A stretch of DNA of 63,611 nt, counting the filler, from Dimargaris cristalligena (lineage: Eukaryota): assembly GCA_003614675.1 (NCBI GenBank). It is 6 parts of 6 records of this genome, joined end to end, with 100 filler letters (N's around TTAATTAATTAA, not from the genome) between each part and the next. Parts side by side here need not be neighbours in the genome. Positions count along the whole stretch, not along the records: positions 31,908 to 42,426 come from ML003174.1; positions 42,527 to 53,035 come from ML003175.1; 4 more parts are not named here. One strand, given 5' to 3'. Shown here one piece after another: positions 33,793 to 45,350 of this stretch (positions are counted from its first letter, which is position 1; every line of letters starts with the position of its first letter). The notes under the pieces were generated by a model. It saw only the letters and a list, made by a program, of their open reading frames with translations, was not told where the DNA came from and ran no database searches. The translations under genes were made by a program, and so were the position numbers.

Positions 33793-34485
33793 GGTGATCA
33801 CACACGGTAGTTTGCATTTTATCTCTAGAATACATTGACTGCGCGGCTCTGTCACTTCGTTAACACTATTTCTATTAAAGGCATTACAATCTAACTCAAA
33901 CCCCATTAGCGATGGGCAGGGTATTTTTCATGCGACCTAATGTACTGTATTTACGATTACAAGTGGCGAGAGAAGTTGGCGGGAGGGCGCTTCGTAGTGC
34001 ATGTGCCCCAACCTGGGTGCATGTCCTACCTGTAGGTATACACGAACAACCTTAGCGGCACATTCATAGAAATGGGAGACCCCCACTCACCTATAAACGG
34101 TATTTCTACGAATATTCGATAAGCAAAAAAAAATAGGGAAAGAGGGGGGGAGTCCCTACGTTTTGCCGGAAATGCACAACTCTGTATAAGCGGATAATTC
34201 GCCCACCCAGGCCGATGTCATTCCGTGACATTTTTTGATTTTTTAGTGGCTAGTTCCAGCCTATGTAAGGTATATTCTAATGTACGACACCACCGGGTTA
34301 TATAAAGTCTAGCCACCCGCCCCCCTTCGTTCTACATTGTTGCGTCTCTTGTTTGAACCAACAGTGGTTTTCCCAATTCTCGCTATTATTGAACTATTTG
34401 TTTTTAACCACTCTATATTTACAGTCGAGTTTAGGTGGTATTTTGATTCTCACTGCTAACTTCAGAATTCACCCTTCGGAACACC

Positions 34486-35691
34486 ATGTACCTCCCCCAA
34501 ATCGGCATTATCGGGGTAATGGTCATAAGCCATATAGCATGTAGTCCATCGGACCAGCCCCCCAATCGCAACCCAAACCAAGCCAGGCCGACTGAAGAAA
34601 TTCCGTGGCTGTATCAAATGCACCTTGACTGTATCGCCCCCGATAGCCACTGCCCAACTACTTCGACCAGCCATTTTCCTTTAGCTCAAGCTAGCCGCTA
34701 CTTCGAGTATGGTGCGAGTAACCCAAGCTCCAACCCACCGTTGAATACTAGGTCTATTGACCCGGTTCCTTATCCATGGCCCGTACCTGGTGTTCCATTA
34801 GTCCCCTCCTCCCTGGAACCGATCCCACCCCGCTCCCTATCCAGGGCCACTAGCCATTATACGCCTGCTGGGGTAGTAAGGGATAGCCGGCCACCTAACA
34901 ACGGCCTAGCCGGTAGAGACGACCCCTTATCCCACAGGGCTCCTATCCAACCTCAAAGGGTCAATACCGGGTCGGGCCAAGGCGCCACCAGGTTAACACG
35001 GAACCCAGTTGGCCCTTTTTTCCCAATCGATCCAACCGTTCCCTCCTCCTCCTTCGTCTTATCCCCCCCCTCGTCCTCCTCTGAAGCCGCATCCTCCTCC
35101 GCCCTGTCCACCACTATACCAGTCCAACCAAGCCCCTACCACTGTCAATTATGCTCCCGCCCATTCTACCGGGAAGAAATCTTCCGTCGTCACATGGATG
35201 AGCACCAGTACGGGTTACTGACTCACCACTGTCCACACTGTAATGGCCAGTATTCCGACCCGGGTCAACTCAAGCAGCACCTTAAAACCCATCGCATGCT
35301 GACGTGCCCCGAGTGTTCCAAGGAGTTCAGGCTAAAATCGGGTTTTGCCATTCATCGATCACGCCAGGCCTGCCGGAAGGTCAAAACCTGTGCTTTTTGT
35401 GGGGAAACTTTCCGTACCACCGTGGGCCTGAATCGCCATCGGACCCAATGTGCCCTGAGCCCCGAAACCAACAATTGGTGTCCTAACTGCGACCAAGATT
35501 TCCCAACTAAGCTGAGTTTGGAAACCCACCTCTACCGGAGTACTGATACACAACAATCCAACGCGTGTGGTCTCTGCAATGCCCGGCTGGACAATCCCTG
35601 TTTACAGGCCATCCACTTGGGCAACTGCCCGTGGCTTCAAGAAGCTAGACAGGAGTTATATTTAACTGGGGGGTTTCGAAAACAACAATAA
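34486..35691 (+). CDS. Signal-peptide-bearing protein with a Pro/Ser-rich linker and six C2H2/C2HC zinc fingers
   Basis: N-terminus MYLPQIGIIGVMVISHIACS|P. Fingers: CQLC..HMDEH, CPHC..HLKTH, CPEC..H..C, CAFC..H..C, CPNC..H, CGLC..H..C (35137-35628). TATATAAAG at ~34299. Confidence 0.85.
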   Translation: MYLPQIGIIGVMVISHIACSPSDQPPNRNPNQARPTEEIPWLYQMHLDCIAPDSHCPTTSTSHFPLAQASRYFEYGASNPSSNPPLNTRSIDPVPYPWPVPGVPLVPSSLEPIPPRSLSRATSHYTPAGVVRDSRPPNNGLAGRDDPLSHRAPIQPQRVNTGSGQGATRLTRNPVGPFFPIDPTVPSSSFVLSPPSSSSEAASSSALSTTIPVQPSPYHCQLCSRPFYREEIFRRHMDEHQYGLLTHHCPHCNGQYSDPGQLKQHLKTHRMLTCPECSKEFRLKSGFAIHRSRQACRKVKTCAFCGETFRTTVGLNRHRTQCALSPETNNWCPNCDQDFPTKLSLETHLYRSTDTQQSNACGLCNARLDNPCLQAIHLGNCPWLQEARQELYLTGGFRKQQ

Positions 35692-38600
35692 TAATAACTA
35701 TAGAGTGGCTCATAATAGAAAATTGGCAATTATAGTAGTAAGAGAGATGCGCCATTAAACTTTGCAAAATACTTAATGTATGACTAAAGTTAACGTATGA
35801 CATAAACTATTATTTAATTAGAAGTGCGTAAATGCTGTGTTGACTGGGTTCATCACTCTTAATCCATCAAGAGTTCCAGGAATGGGATTCTAGCACTAGC
35901 CGAGAGGGGCGCGGGGTCAGTGTGCGAGCATCAGCGGCAGGGTACTCGGATCCTAACTAATGATTTGACCGAACTTAAAGCCACAATATACTAGAACCTG
36001 ATAACCCTATCAGTACAGGTTGGAGCAGTGACAGCCCGTTGGTAAATGTAGATCTCTGGGAAAAACTCGCACTCAGCAAGGACGATTCTAGCCTGGACTT
36101 CAGGCAGGGACAACTGGACAACTGGGTATAATGCAGGGGCCCCTCTAGTACGTAGTGGATAGGGCACGACAAATGGGCTTGGGTCTAATGCCAATGCGGA
36201 TCAGATAATACCCGGGACCGGGGAAAAACTAATGCTAAACCTGAATAGGGTATGACTACTTGTCTTAATGGAGAGAATACCTGTCAGGTATTTATTTAAA
36301 TAGTAACTAATAGCAATGCGCATAAACATAGCGACCAACTGATACCACTATGGTACTAGAATACTCCAACGGGCAGTTATAAATAATGGATATAATTTAC
36401 TAGAGGAATATGCAAAATAGTGAAGGTCACGAATAATTGCAACTAGGGGGATACCAATGTTGGGAATGCACCCCAACTTTCTATAATTAAGACGTGTTCT
36501 TAATAGAATAATGGATTTTAAATTATGGACCCAGACTACTGAAACATCAGTCTGGGAGGGAAGGGCAAATATTGACCTCTGGTGGTGGCGTTCACATTTT
36601 CCAAAACTAAAGTAGTTTGGCTAGGGTACGCTTTAAAGGTTTAAGCAGACCCAACCACAAAGCCAGTATAGTTGATGATGTGGCCAACACCTGTTCCATC
36701 ATTCCACAGCAACTACTGTGGACCATCACATAACTAACAGAAAGACCTCATTAAAAAAACACATCCTCAATTGATATTACACGGCTCTCTTGTCTATAGT
36801 TGACTAACTACGACTTCCCAAAACCCCTTTCATCACATAATATGTGCATTGGTCGAATAATGATTTATTATCAAAGTGGTTTAGTGTCTCAATCCTTCCG
36901 GTCCCGACATTAATAGTACACTGGGAATATATTATTTGGAAGCCCCAAAGAAAAACAAAGTGCCCTCAACCCCTACACTCTTACCTACAAAGGACATCTG
37001 GATATAGAGAGCTAATGCTACAACAGCTCCGGCTGCATAAAGAAGTAGTATTCAGTTGGCAAAGAAAAATAGTAAGAAAGGTTCCGAAGGAGAACCAAGA
37101 GGAAAATTCCTCTTCGAAGAAGAACTACTGCCGTACAATTCTCTTCCCGGTCTTTACTATCGCCTTTTTGACCCCCGGGCGAAACTTTGAGCCTTTTCGG
37201 TGATTTTTTGCGTCTTGGTCTTGGGAATGTTTTTACTGGCTGGACCACCCAGCATTAGGCCCAATTTTTTGTCCACTACAAACTTAGCAGATTTGTATAA
37301 TTGATAGCGGTGAGTTAGGTGGGGAACTGATGGTCCCGTTAGGTCAGATGCACAGGGCCAACACTGTCCTAGAACAAGAGTGGCGGCTGGAGCAATAAAA
37401 TGGCTTTAATTCGAACAACATGATAATATTGGGAAGTGGCAAACCGACTAGGTTAAATGGTGAAACAGGTTAATGATGCGGATGTCAAAGTAGCTCAATT
37501 GGGGGATGCTTGAAAAATGAATAATGTCGTATTAAAAACACCAGTAATGGATATGGGATGGTAAATGAGAAATGGTAGTTAGAGGCTAAACGGATGCTTG
37601 CTGAGGAATGATGGGAGAGCAGATGGGAGGGCTTTTATAATACTAAAAAAGGTGTGTTAGTTAGGTCTGCATACGTAGGGGAGCGGACAGCTGGCTAAAG
37701 GTTCCCTACAAGCCTATCGGCCCCCAAGACCCTAAGATAGGCCAGTATCCAAGAAATTCCTTCTTCAACGCTGGCAATGCCGATATCACAGCCATCGAGG
37801 GCCCTGATTAATTTACAAATAATCGGCCAGATTGTCCGACGGCACTGGGCAGCAGTTATTATGAGATACCTAATAAACAAATCTCGCCGTGTAACAATCC
37901 CGACCGCAAACCCGCCTTTCCCATTGCCTTTGTCTCGTTGATCCATCCATTACCAGATGTTCATTTAATTTACCTGTTGGAGATTAAGTCACATGGCCAG
38001 TGTAGCGATAGATGGGCAGCGATACGCGGCGGCGACATTATCATTATGTTATACCAAACCGAATTGTCGATCATTTTGTCAAGGCGCCTGTGAGGATAGT
38101 CGTTGGCCAAAGACTGGGGCTGGATCCAAGAAGAGGCGATTGCCAGATATTCTCTTCTGTCCCAGAGCAATGTCGTTCATGGAGTAGTCTACTACGAAAC
38201 TAAAAATAGAACTTCTATGTATCCCTTCAAATGAATTTGATAGTGGTCCCCGACTCCGCTACAGTAAGTTAAATGCGTACATTGCCCATCGTCTACACCG
38301 GGGATGTAGGGACCCGATCCAATATAAATGCGGTACTTTTTAGCCGATGCTTTAGCTACTCAGATATATTCCGCCATCAATGGCTAAAACACTTGAAACT
38401 ACCCCTGCACTATTATTCCCCATCCCCCCGTATCCACAGATTAACTCCTTCCCTTGAGATATAGGTGATGGATCGCCAAGTGCAATAGCCACAATAAGCC
38501 TCATAACAAACTCCATAGCCGACTCCCCCCCTCCAGCATAGCATAGATTGCCTAAGTTAGGGGTCTTTGCCTGCCACCGATCACCCTCCCTGGATGTAGC

Positions 38601-40000
38601 GATCCCACATGTATGAAATTAATAAAGAGATTCCCCTTATACCAAAAGGCGGTACGAGTAGCCGTATAGCCCCCAATCTAATGTGCCATTCAATCGAAAA
38701 AACTATACCCAGTATTGAAGACCCTGTTTCAGTGTGCGAATGTACGGACGGTATAGATGGTTTAAATAATATGGGCGGTGGGGTCTACAAGGCTATAGCC
38801 AAAGGAATACGGTAAACACTGTAGGGGTGTAGGGACTGGTACTGTAATGCAAGTGATTTAATATCTGTACAATAGCTATTAGCTAATACCAGAGGGTTAA
38901 GAGGAGCGACAAAGGACTGTCCGTGGTTAACGGAAACGTTTTAGTTAACTAGTATAGAGAATGGAACTCAAGTGTAGAAAGTACCCAAAAAGGTGCTGTT
39001 TTTAATGACCAAAGGGGCCGAGTATGGACGACGCGTAACTATGAAAAATGAAGCGGCAGCCCAAAAAACATTTCTGCCGAAACTACGGCCAAGGGTCATA
39101 CATCAGCGGAGATGGTGATTTGACAGGGGGTGTAAAGAAGAAGCCTCACTAACCCCTCAATTTACACCATGCGTCCCTATTTTATAGAATTACCCTTTGA
39201 ATTTTAGAATACCTTGTAGGCTAATAAACACTTTATATTATTTAATAGCCTTATTACCATTCTTCTCACTTTTTACAGCCAACTTTTTTCTGGTTGGAGC
39301 GACTCGTCCAAACAGGCTTATAATAAAATGGTTTAATTCGATATGGCATTAGTGCCTCCATTAATTGGATCTCAGCGCAGTTTAGAGAATTCAATGGGGT
39401 ACGAAAATGAGTAGCATGGTAAATTGATGTTTCCATTATAAGGGGTTATGCTACCATTTAGGCAAAAATAATAGATATACCTAAATGCCGCTTGAGAGGT
39501 TTGTTATAAGCAAAAATATTGGCGAAAGACCCTATAGAAAACAAAATAGTATAGTCGGGGCGGTGTTACATGGTATATTGATTTCCCGCCAGAGTAGTTT
39601 TTGGCTGGTCATGGCATGAATTTCAGTTTATTATAGTTTTTCGACAAGGTGTTTCTACATCTCAGAGAATGTATCGCCGCAACCCAAGGATTCGGCTAAA
39701 TGCTGTAGTCCCAGACTTGTAATAAACACACATCCCAAAAAAAAAATTGAAAAATATGACTGTGCTGAATCTAGACTAAATAGAGAATATGTGGACGTCC
39801 GTGCCCCCCCCCCACTTCATAATGCTTGGGAAAATAATAGTAGATTGTATCAAAACTAGGCTGAGGTTAAAATTATAAGGGATGGGTGATTGTCGAACTC
39901 CGTGGGGGAGGGGAGGCGAATTACCAATCCCATTTCCTTTTTTTCCTAGTCAGGCCGTGTGCTAGGTAAAATGATGAGTCGACCAAGGGAAACCCAATCA

Positions 40001-40891
40001 CTAATTGCCGATTTCCTCGGCGTTTTGGAAGTTCTTTTCCGAAGTAGCGGACTGCATACGACGAATGGCTTCCCGTTCGGTAATGATCGCGTCACTCTTC
40101 TTGAGCTGCTTCTCCTCCAAACGCAGGTTCATTTCCACATCGGAGGCGAACCGTTGGGCTCCGAAATGGTAGGCCTGGTCCTGGGCGATTTGGAGTTCCA
40201 GGTCCTCCCGGGCCCGGATCCGGTAAAACACCTCAAGCACCCGGGCGTACGCCTCCTGTTCGGTCAAGCTGCGCTTGGTCATGAGGTAGTGCTGGTGCTG
40301 GATAACATGTTCACCCGTGACCGTACCGGGGTAGCGGGGATCCTGCAGTTGGCTCCAGTCGGTCCGGTTACCGCCGCCAGGGGCATTGGCATTAGTTTCG
40401 CGCATGGTCTTAGGACGCAGCAGTTCGTGCGGGTGGTCCCGGAAGAACCGACGGCGAAGTTGGTCCTCGGGGAAGACAATGCGCGGTGGCTTAGGGGGTT
40501 TAGTTTTGAGGTGGTGGTGACGAACCGAACGCGGCTTTTGATCGGGGCGAATGAAAAAGGAGGCTGGCTTCAGCTGGGGCTGGGTGGAAGTCGACGAAGA
40601 AGAAGAAGTATTGGTGGAGGAGGAACCCTCCCCGGCCGCCGAAGCCGGACCCTTCGCATGGGACCCGCCCACGGCCGCGGCTTCCTTCATTCTCTCGGAA
40701 TGCGATTTGGTAATGGGCTCAAAGGCCAAACGGCCGGCGGTAGCGAACGCCGATGGATCGCGGACAATAGTAGGACCGGGGGGCACTTTGGTAAGGACTG
40801 GGAACCAGAGGGGGATCTCAGACCGGATTTTACCGCGCACCATGTCGAGGGCCTGCTGCCGAACACGGGTGGCGAGCTTTCTGGGCCGCAT
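40001..40891 (-). CDS. RSM25: Mitochondrial small-subunit ribosomal protein mS23 (Rsm25)
   Basis: Basic N-terminus, PLWFPVLTKVPP, PPRIVFPEDQLRRRFFRDHPHELLRPK, DWSQLQ..TGEHVIQ, EAYARVLEVFYRIR, AYHFGAQRF. Confidence 0.92.
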   Translation of the reverse strand: MRPRKLATRVRQQALDMVRGKIRSEIPLWFPVLTKVPPGPTIVRDPSAFATAGRLAFEPITKSHSERMKEAAAVGGSHAKGPASAAGEGSSSTNTSSSSSTSTQPQLKPASFFIRPDQKPRSVRHHHLKTKPPKPPRIVFPEDQLRRRFFRDHPHELLRPKTMRETNANAPGGGNRTDWSQLQDPRYPGTVTGEHVIQHQHYLMTKRSLTEQEAYARVLEVFYRIRAREDLELQIAQDQAYHFGAQRFASDVEMNLRLEEKQLKKSDAIITEREAIRRMQSATSEKNFQNAEEIGN

Positions 40892-41884
40892 TGTTGTCTG
40901 CTTTGATCAGTGGGAACGAGTAGGGGAGGGTGGATAATCAAATAGGAAGGAACGGATTCTAATGCAAGTAGGCAATAGAATGCGAGTGGGTGAGACTGAT
41001 TGATGGGTAAGGGAACGAATCAGTGAGATGGTAAAGTGAATCAACCCTATCGGTATACCATTTCTTAGGATGGGGTGGCAATGGAGAGATCAGCAGGCTA
41101 AGCACACAAAACCACTCTGGTTGAATCTCAGTTGCTATAGTCAGCCACGAAGTTGGCTTTTTAGCGTACATATCCCCCCACCACCATCCTCTGCTGGAAT
41201 AACGGCCAAAGGAGCTGTTGGTTGGCGCCATCATAATGGTATGTAAGACTTCTTTTGTCCATCCCATTTATTATATTAGCGGCATTGCCTCGCATCTTTA
41301 TCAGAAGGGGTGGATTTATAATTAATAATAAATTACCTTTGATGAAATAGCGACATCCAACTATTTTTATATTCATGGTTGTAAGCAACATCTCAAGCTT
41401 GATGTATTTTCTTATGTGTATTACATATTTATTGGCTTAAAGGGCAGTTGTACTAATGACTTTGTTAATGGTATCATACTAATACTAATTTCCGGCTGGT
41501 CTATCAGATACTGCTCTAACTCTGGATCAGGCGAAACAAACACATACAAGCCAAAGAAGCGGCCACCTAGTTACCTGACCATAATCCCCGGGACCCTTAC
41601 AATCCCAAAATTCTACCAAAACGATCCACACAATGGTGTGCCTAAACAAATTTACATAGTATCCCTCCAACATAGCCTCGTGTGCTAAATTACTGGGTCA
41701 TAAGAGGGGTATTGAAATTCCCAGTAAGTCTGGAACGCTGGACTACATAATCAATGCCCCTCTGCCTTACAACCTGTATCTGGGAATTGTGGAGTGGGGG
41801 GGGGGAGTCATATATGGTGTAGTTTACAGCCGCCAATGGCTGTTCTTAGCTGCTATATTTTTGCCTACTTTAATTGGCCACGGG

Positions 41885-42022
41885 NNNNNNNNNNNNNNNN
41901 NNNNNNNNNNNNNNNNNNNNNNNNNNNNNNNNNNNNNNNNNNNNNNNNNNNNNNNNNNNNNNNNNNNNNNNNNNNNNNNNNNNNNNNNNNNNNNNNNNNN
42001 NNNNNNNNNNNNNNNNNNNNNN
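41885..42022. other. Internal scaffold gap (N run without linker)
   Basis: N run lacking TTAATTAATTAA. Confidence 0.9.
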
Positions 42023-42426
42023 AATTGGCCTTCGGAAATCCGGTACACAGGGAGATTGGGGCGCCGAAAGAGAGAGTTAGTACTAAAATGGCGTACAGTC
42101 GGTTATGAAATTGCCTGTCCCTGTTGAAATACAATAATCATATGCCTTGCATTCTGGCTGGTTACTTATATTCGGAGCACATTTTATACATTTTAAGTCC
42201 TTTGGAAAACTGTATATTATGGGCCTGACTCCCGTCGACAATTATCACTACACATACTAGGCTATTCCCCAGTGGCCTTCGTCAAATTTGGCTGTTCCTG
42301 TTAGCAATGTAATTTCCCCGAATTCGGATTAAAAGCGGCGAATTCTGGGACATTATACCATTACCAGAACAACATGATGATGCCCTAGCGGAGGTTAACA
42401 GTGTATTAGGTATGCAGTCTTCCCGT

Positions 42427-42526
42427 NNNNNNNNNNNNNNNNNNNNNNNNNNNNNNNNNNNNNNNNNNNNTTAATTAATTAANNNNNNNNNNNNNNNNNN
42501 NNNNNNNNNNNNNNNNNNNNNNNNNN
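42427..42526. other. Artificial contig linker
   Basis: N44-TTAATTAATTAA-N44. Confidence 0.97.
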
Positions 42527-45350
42527 CTGATATACAGAGTTTAACATAAAGTTAGTGTACATTATTGCGGAATCAGGACGGACTTGGGCGGGGGGGGAGG
42601 TTGCATGCGCCGGGCGAATATAATAATAGCGGACCTACCTAGAATTAGGCACTAAGGATGAGGTTAGCGACTGGCTAAAGGGGTATATAGTGTCTGGCCC
42701 AAGGCTGTCTTGGATTGGCCGCCGAAACACGAAGGGAAAGGCGGCCGAGGTTGATCCCGCCGGACCCACTGAAAGGGCAAATCGAGGCGTGGTTAACAAA
42801 GAAGTTACGGTTTTGGCAGGTTGGGTCGATTTTCTCGAGTATCCGCCAGGTGCAGTCCAGCGGTAGCCGGGGTAGTTTTGGGGTTAGTTGAGGGAGCGGC
42901 GAAGGCGCGTGGGAGACCAGGACGGCTATAAATGGCACTCGGATGATCACGCCTTTCCCAGATTCCGCTTCCGTGGTTTCCATCGAAACGGGTAACGATG
43001 GAGCCAACAGCATGTGTAGTGAAGGCCACCAGTTTTCTAGTATCCGTGCGATTACGGCCAAGTCCCGGGATTCTTGATCCAGGTAAATTAAAAGGGGGTT
43101 AAGGTGAACCCACCGGCACCTGTTTTCAGCTACCGACAGTGGCAATCGACACCTGTAGTACTTGGGGACCTACATGGCGACGCATGCCACGAAAGGGTGG
43201 CAATAGGCTTGATGACCCTTTCAAGATTGGTTAAAAGTAACCGAAACATTACTGTGGGTGGTTCGCAATGGGGGGGACATATTCGACGTCATGGTGCAGT
43301 AGAAATCCAAGCCTTGCTGCACTCGGTGGGACCCTTACCGGTCTTAGGAGGGAAGCACTGGAAGGGGCGGGACCCGACACCCGCGGTAAAACTATAATCA
43401 GAACCCGTATGGACAATGTGCCAAGTGTATACGAAGTGCCGAAAACACGGCTATTGGCGATGTCTGGGGTTCGGGTAGCTGGGGGGGGTGGAATGCTGGG
43501 TGTGCTGAATATTGGGAAAGGTTGCAGCTGGTGTCGGCTGTCTGGCCAATTTTACTGAACCCGTTGGATCGTGTCGCCGCCCGCACTAGGCCTGGACAAC
43601 CGATGGGGGGATTTGGGCAGCAATCTTGGACATTATTTCCTTCAGGTTAGAATGATAAGCAGACCATACGGCAAGCCCACTTGGTGCATGCTGGTTAGGA
43701 GGGCCCTGTGTCACATTTGACCGGGGAATATTCCCAGACCGGAAACAGTTAAGCTTTTACCTGCACGGCCTGAGGTGAAACATATGGGGAAAGGGCAGCT
43801 CGACTGTATAAGATTTGGGATGAAATGAAAACGGGAAGATGGTTGCGGGGGGCCTTTTTATCCAGTACGACCCGCCTCCAGAGTAACCAGGCCTTTTGGA
43901 GACACGGTCGGGGACTTTACCTACCCTCATTTTAAGGGCGCAGTCCAAGGTTTCCCCACCACGAGAATAACGGGGTCCAAGAGCTCCTCAGTAATGGAGG
44001 GAATGGTCTGGGGCTAACCCTCACTCAAAGGTCTGTTCCGATCGACCTTCTGATAAGTCAGCCTGAGGAGATTGGCCTAGGGTATTTGAAGGGAAATTAC
44101 GGAGAACCCAGTGTCGATCAACGAACGGGTGGAACGGGCAACAAAAGGGGGCTGCTGGCTGAGCGGCAATCAACACCCCCCCCCCATGTCACTGCTACTG
44201 GGGGGGATAGTCCCCAATTGCATGAGGCTCGCTAAGGCCACATCTAATACTGCTGTTCGGTTAGCCAACTGAATTGCCATGAGGCTGGTAGAGGAAGGGA
44301 TTTTACTAACCCTCCCCCCGCCCTTGGCCGCCTAATTGAGCCAGTTGGTAAAGTAGGATTCAGGCCCATCTATTCATTGAATTCAAAGGTGGAATTATTG
44401 GTCAATATCAGAAAAAACGATGTCACCGACAGACTGGTTTATATGGCATTAGGCGGGAAAGATTGTTATTATTGAATCAAACACTGGGTAGGACAGGCCC
44501 AAAGGCGGTGCAGCGTTGGAGTCGGAGCACACCAGTGAGCACCCCGGGCAGCGTGCCACAAGCCGTTTCATTGGCGTGGCGATTGGCTAATCATCGGCCA
44601 GCCCCCCGATTCCGGCCCATCACACCCCTCTTCTTTGGATGGACGAGGAGGGGAATAGCAGCCGGTTTAATCATTATAATACAGCAGCATCATCCCCTAT
44701 AATCCCCATGGGCCACAGCTGGCAAAACCCCCGGCATGTTTCAGGGGTTTGCCGTCCCTGTTTTTCATGTTGGGACCTCCTCCTTTGTGAAAAGCGCCCT
44801 CTTTTCGGCGGTCGGGATACCCATTAATCTTTGGCCCTCACGCCGAAAGGTGCTGGCCGCTGCGTGCTCCGTAAATCACAATCCCATTGGCTACTGGTCC
44901 AGGTGGCTCTCCCTACATTTGGCGGTTATAAGTCTAGGTGGCAAGGGCGGTTTTTTTCCTAGCCCATATCCCGTCTTCGGTTCGGAATGGTTTGGCCAGA
45001 GTGTACTATCGCCTAAATCAGTCACCCCGTTTGGTCTACCCCGAGTTCCTCGGCTGCAGACCTAACTCGACGAGGGTTCGGCAGATATTTTTATATAGAT
45101 GCATATCACACCATAAATATATATCCATGTTTTTATATGTATATATATATACCCCATTCCCCCTCCCTCCCAGAGTGTTTGCCGACTCGTATCGATTTTG
45201 CCGGTTTCGCCTGCCATTACCCCTGGCCACTGTGCCGCTCTATATAATATGCTTTGGCCCAACCCTTTAACTCTCTCATACCCCCCATTCACCAATATCC
45301 TGCCCCTCTAATTTAATTACCAGGACTTTTCCCCCACGTCGTCCCGCGCC

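Noticed and set aside
39959..40906. 315-aa plus-strand ORF
   Set aside because: Antisense shadow of RSM25.
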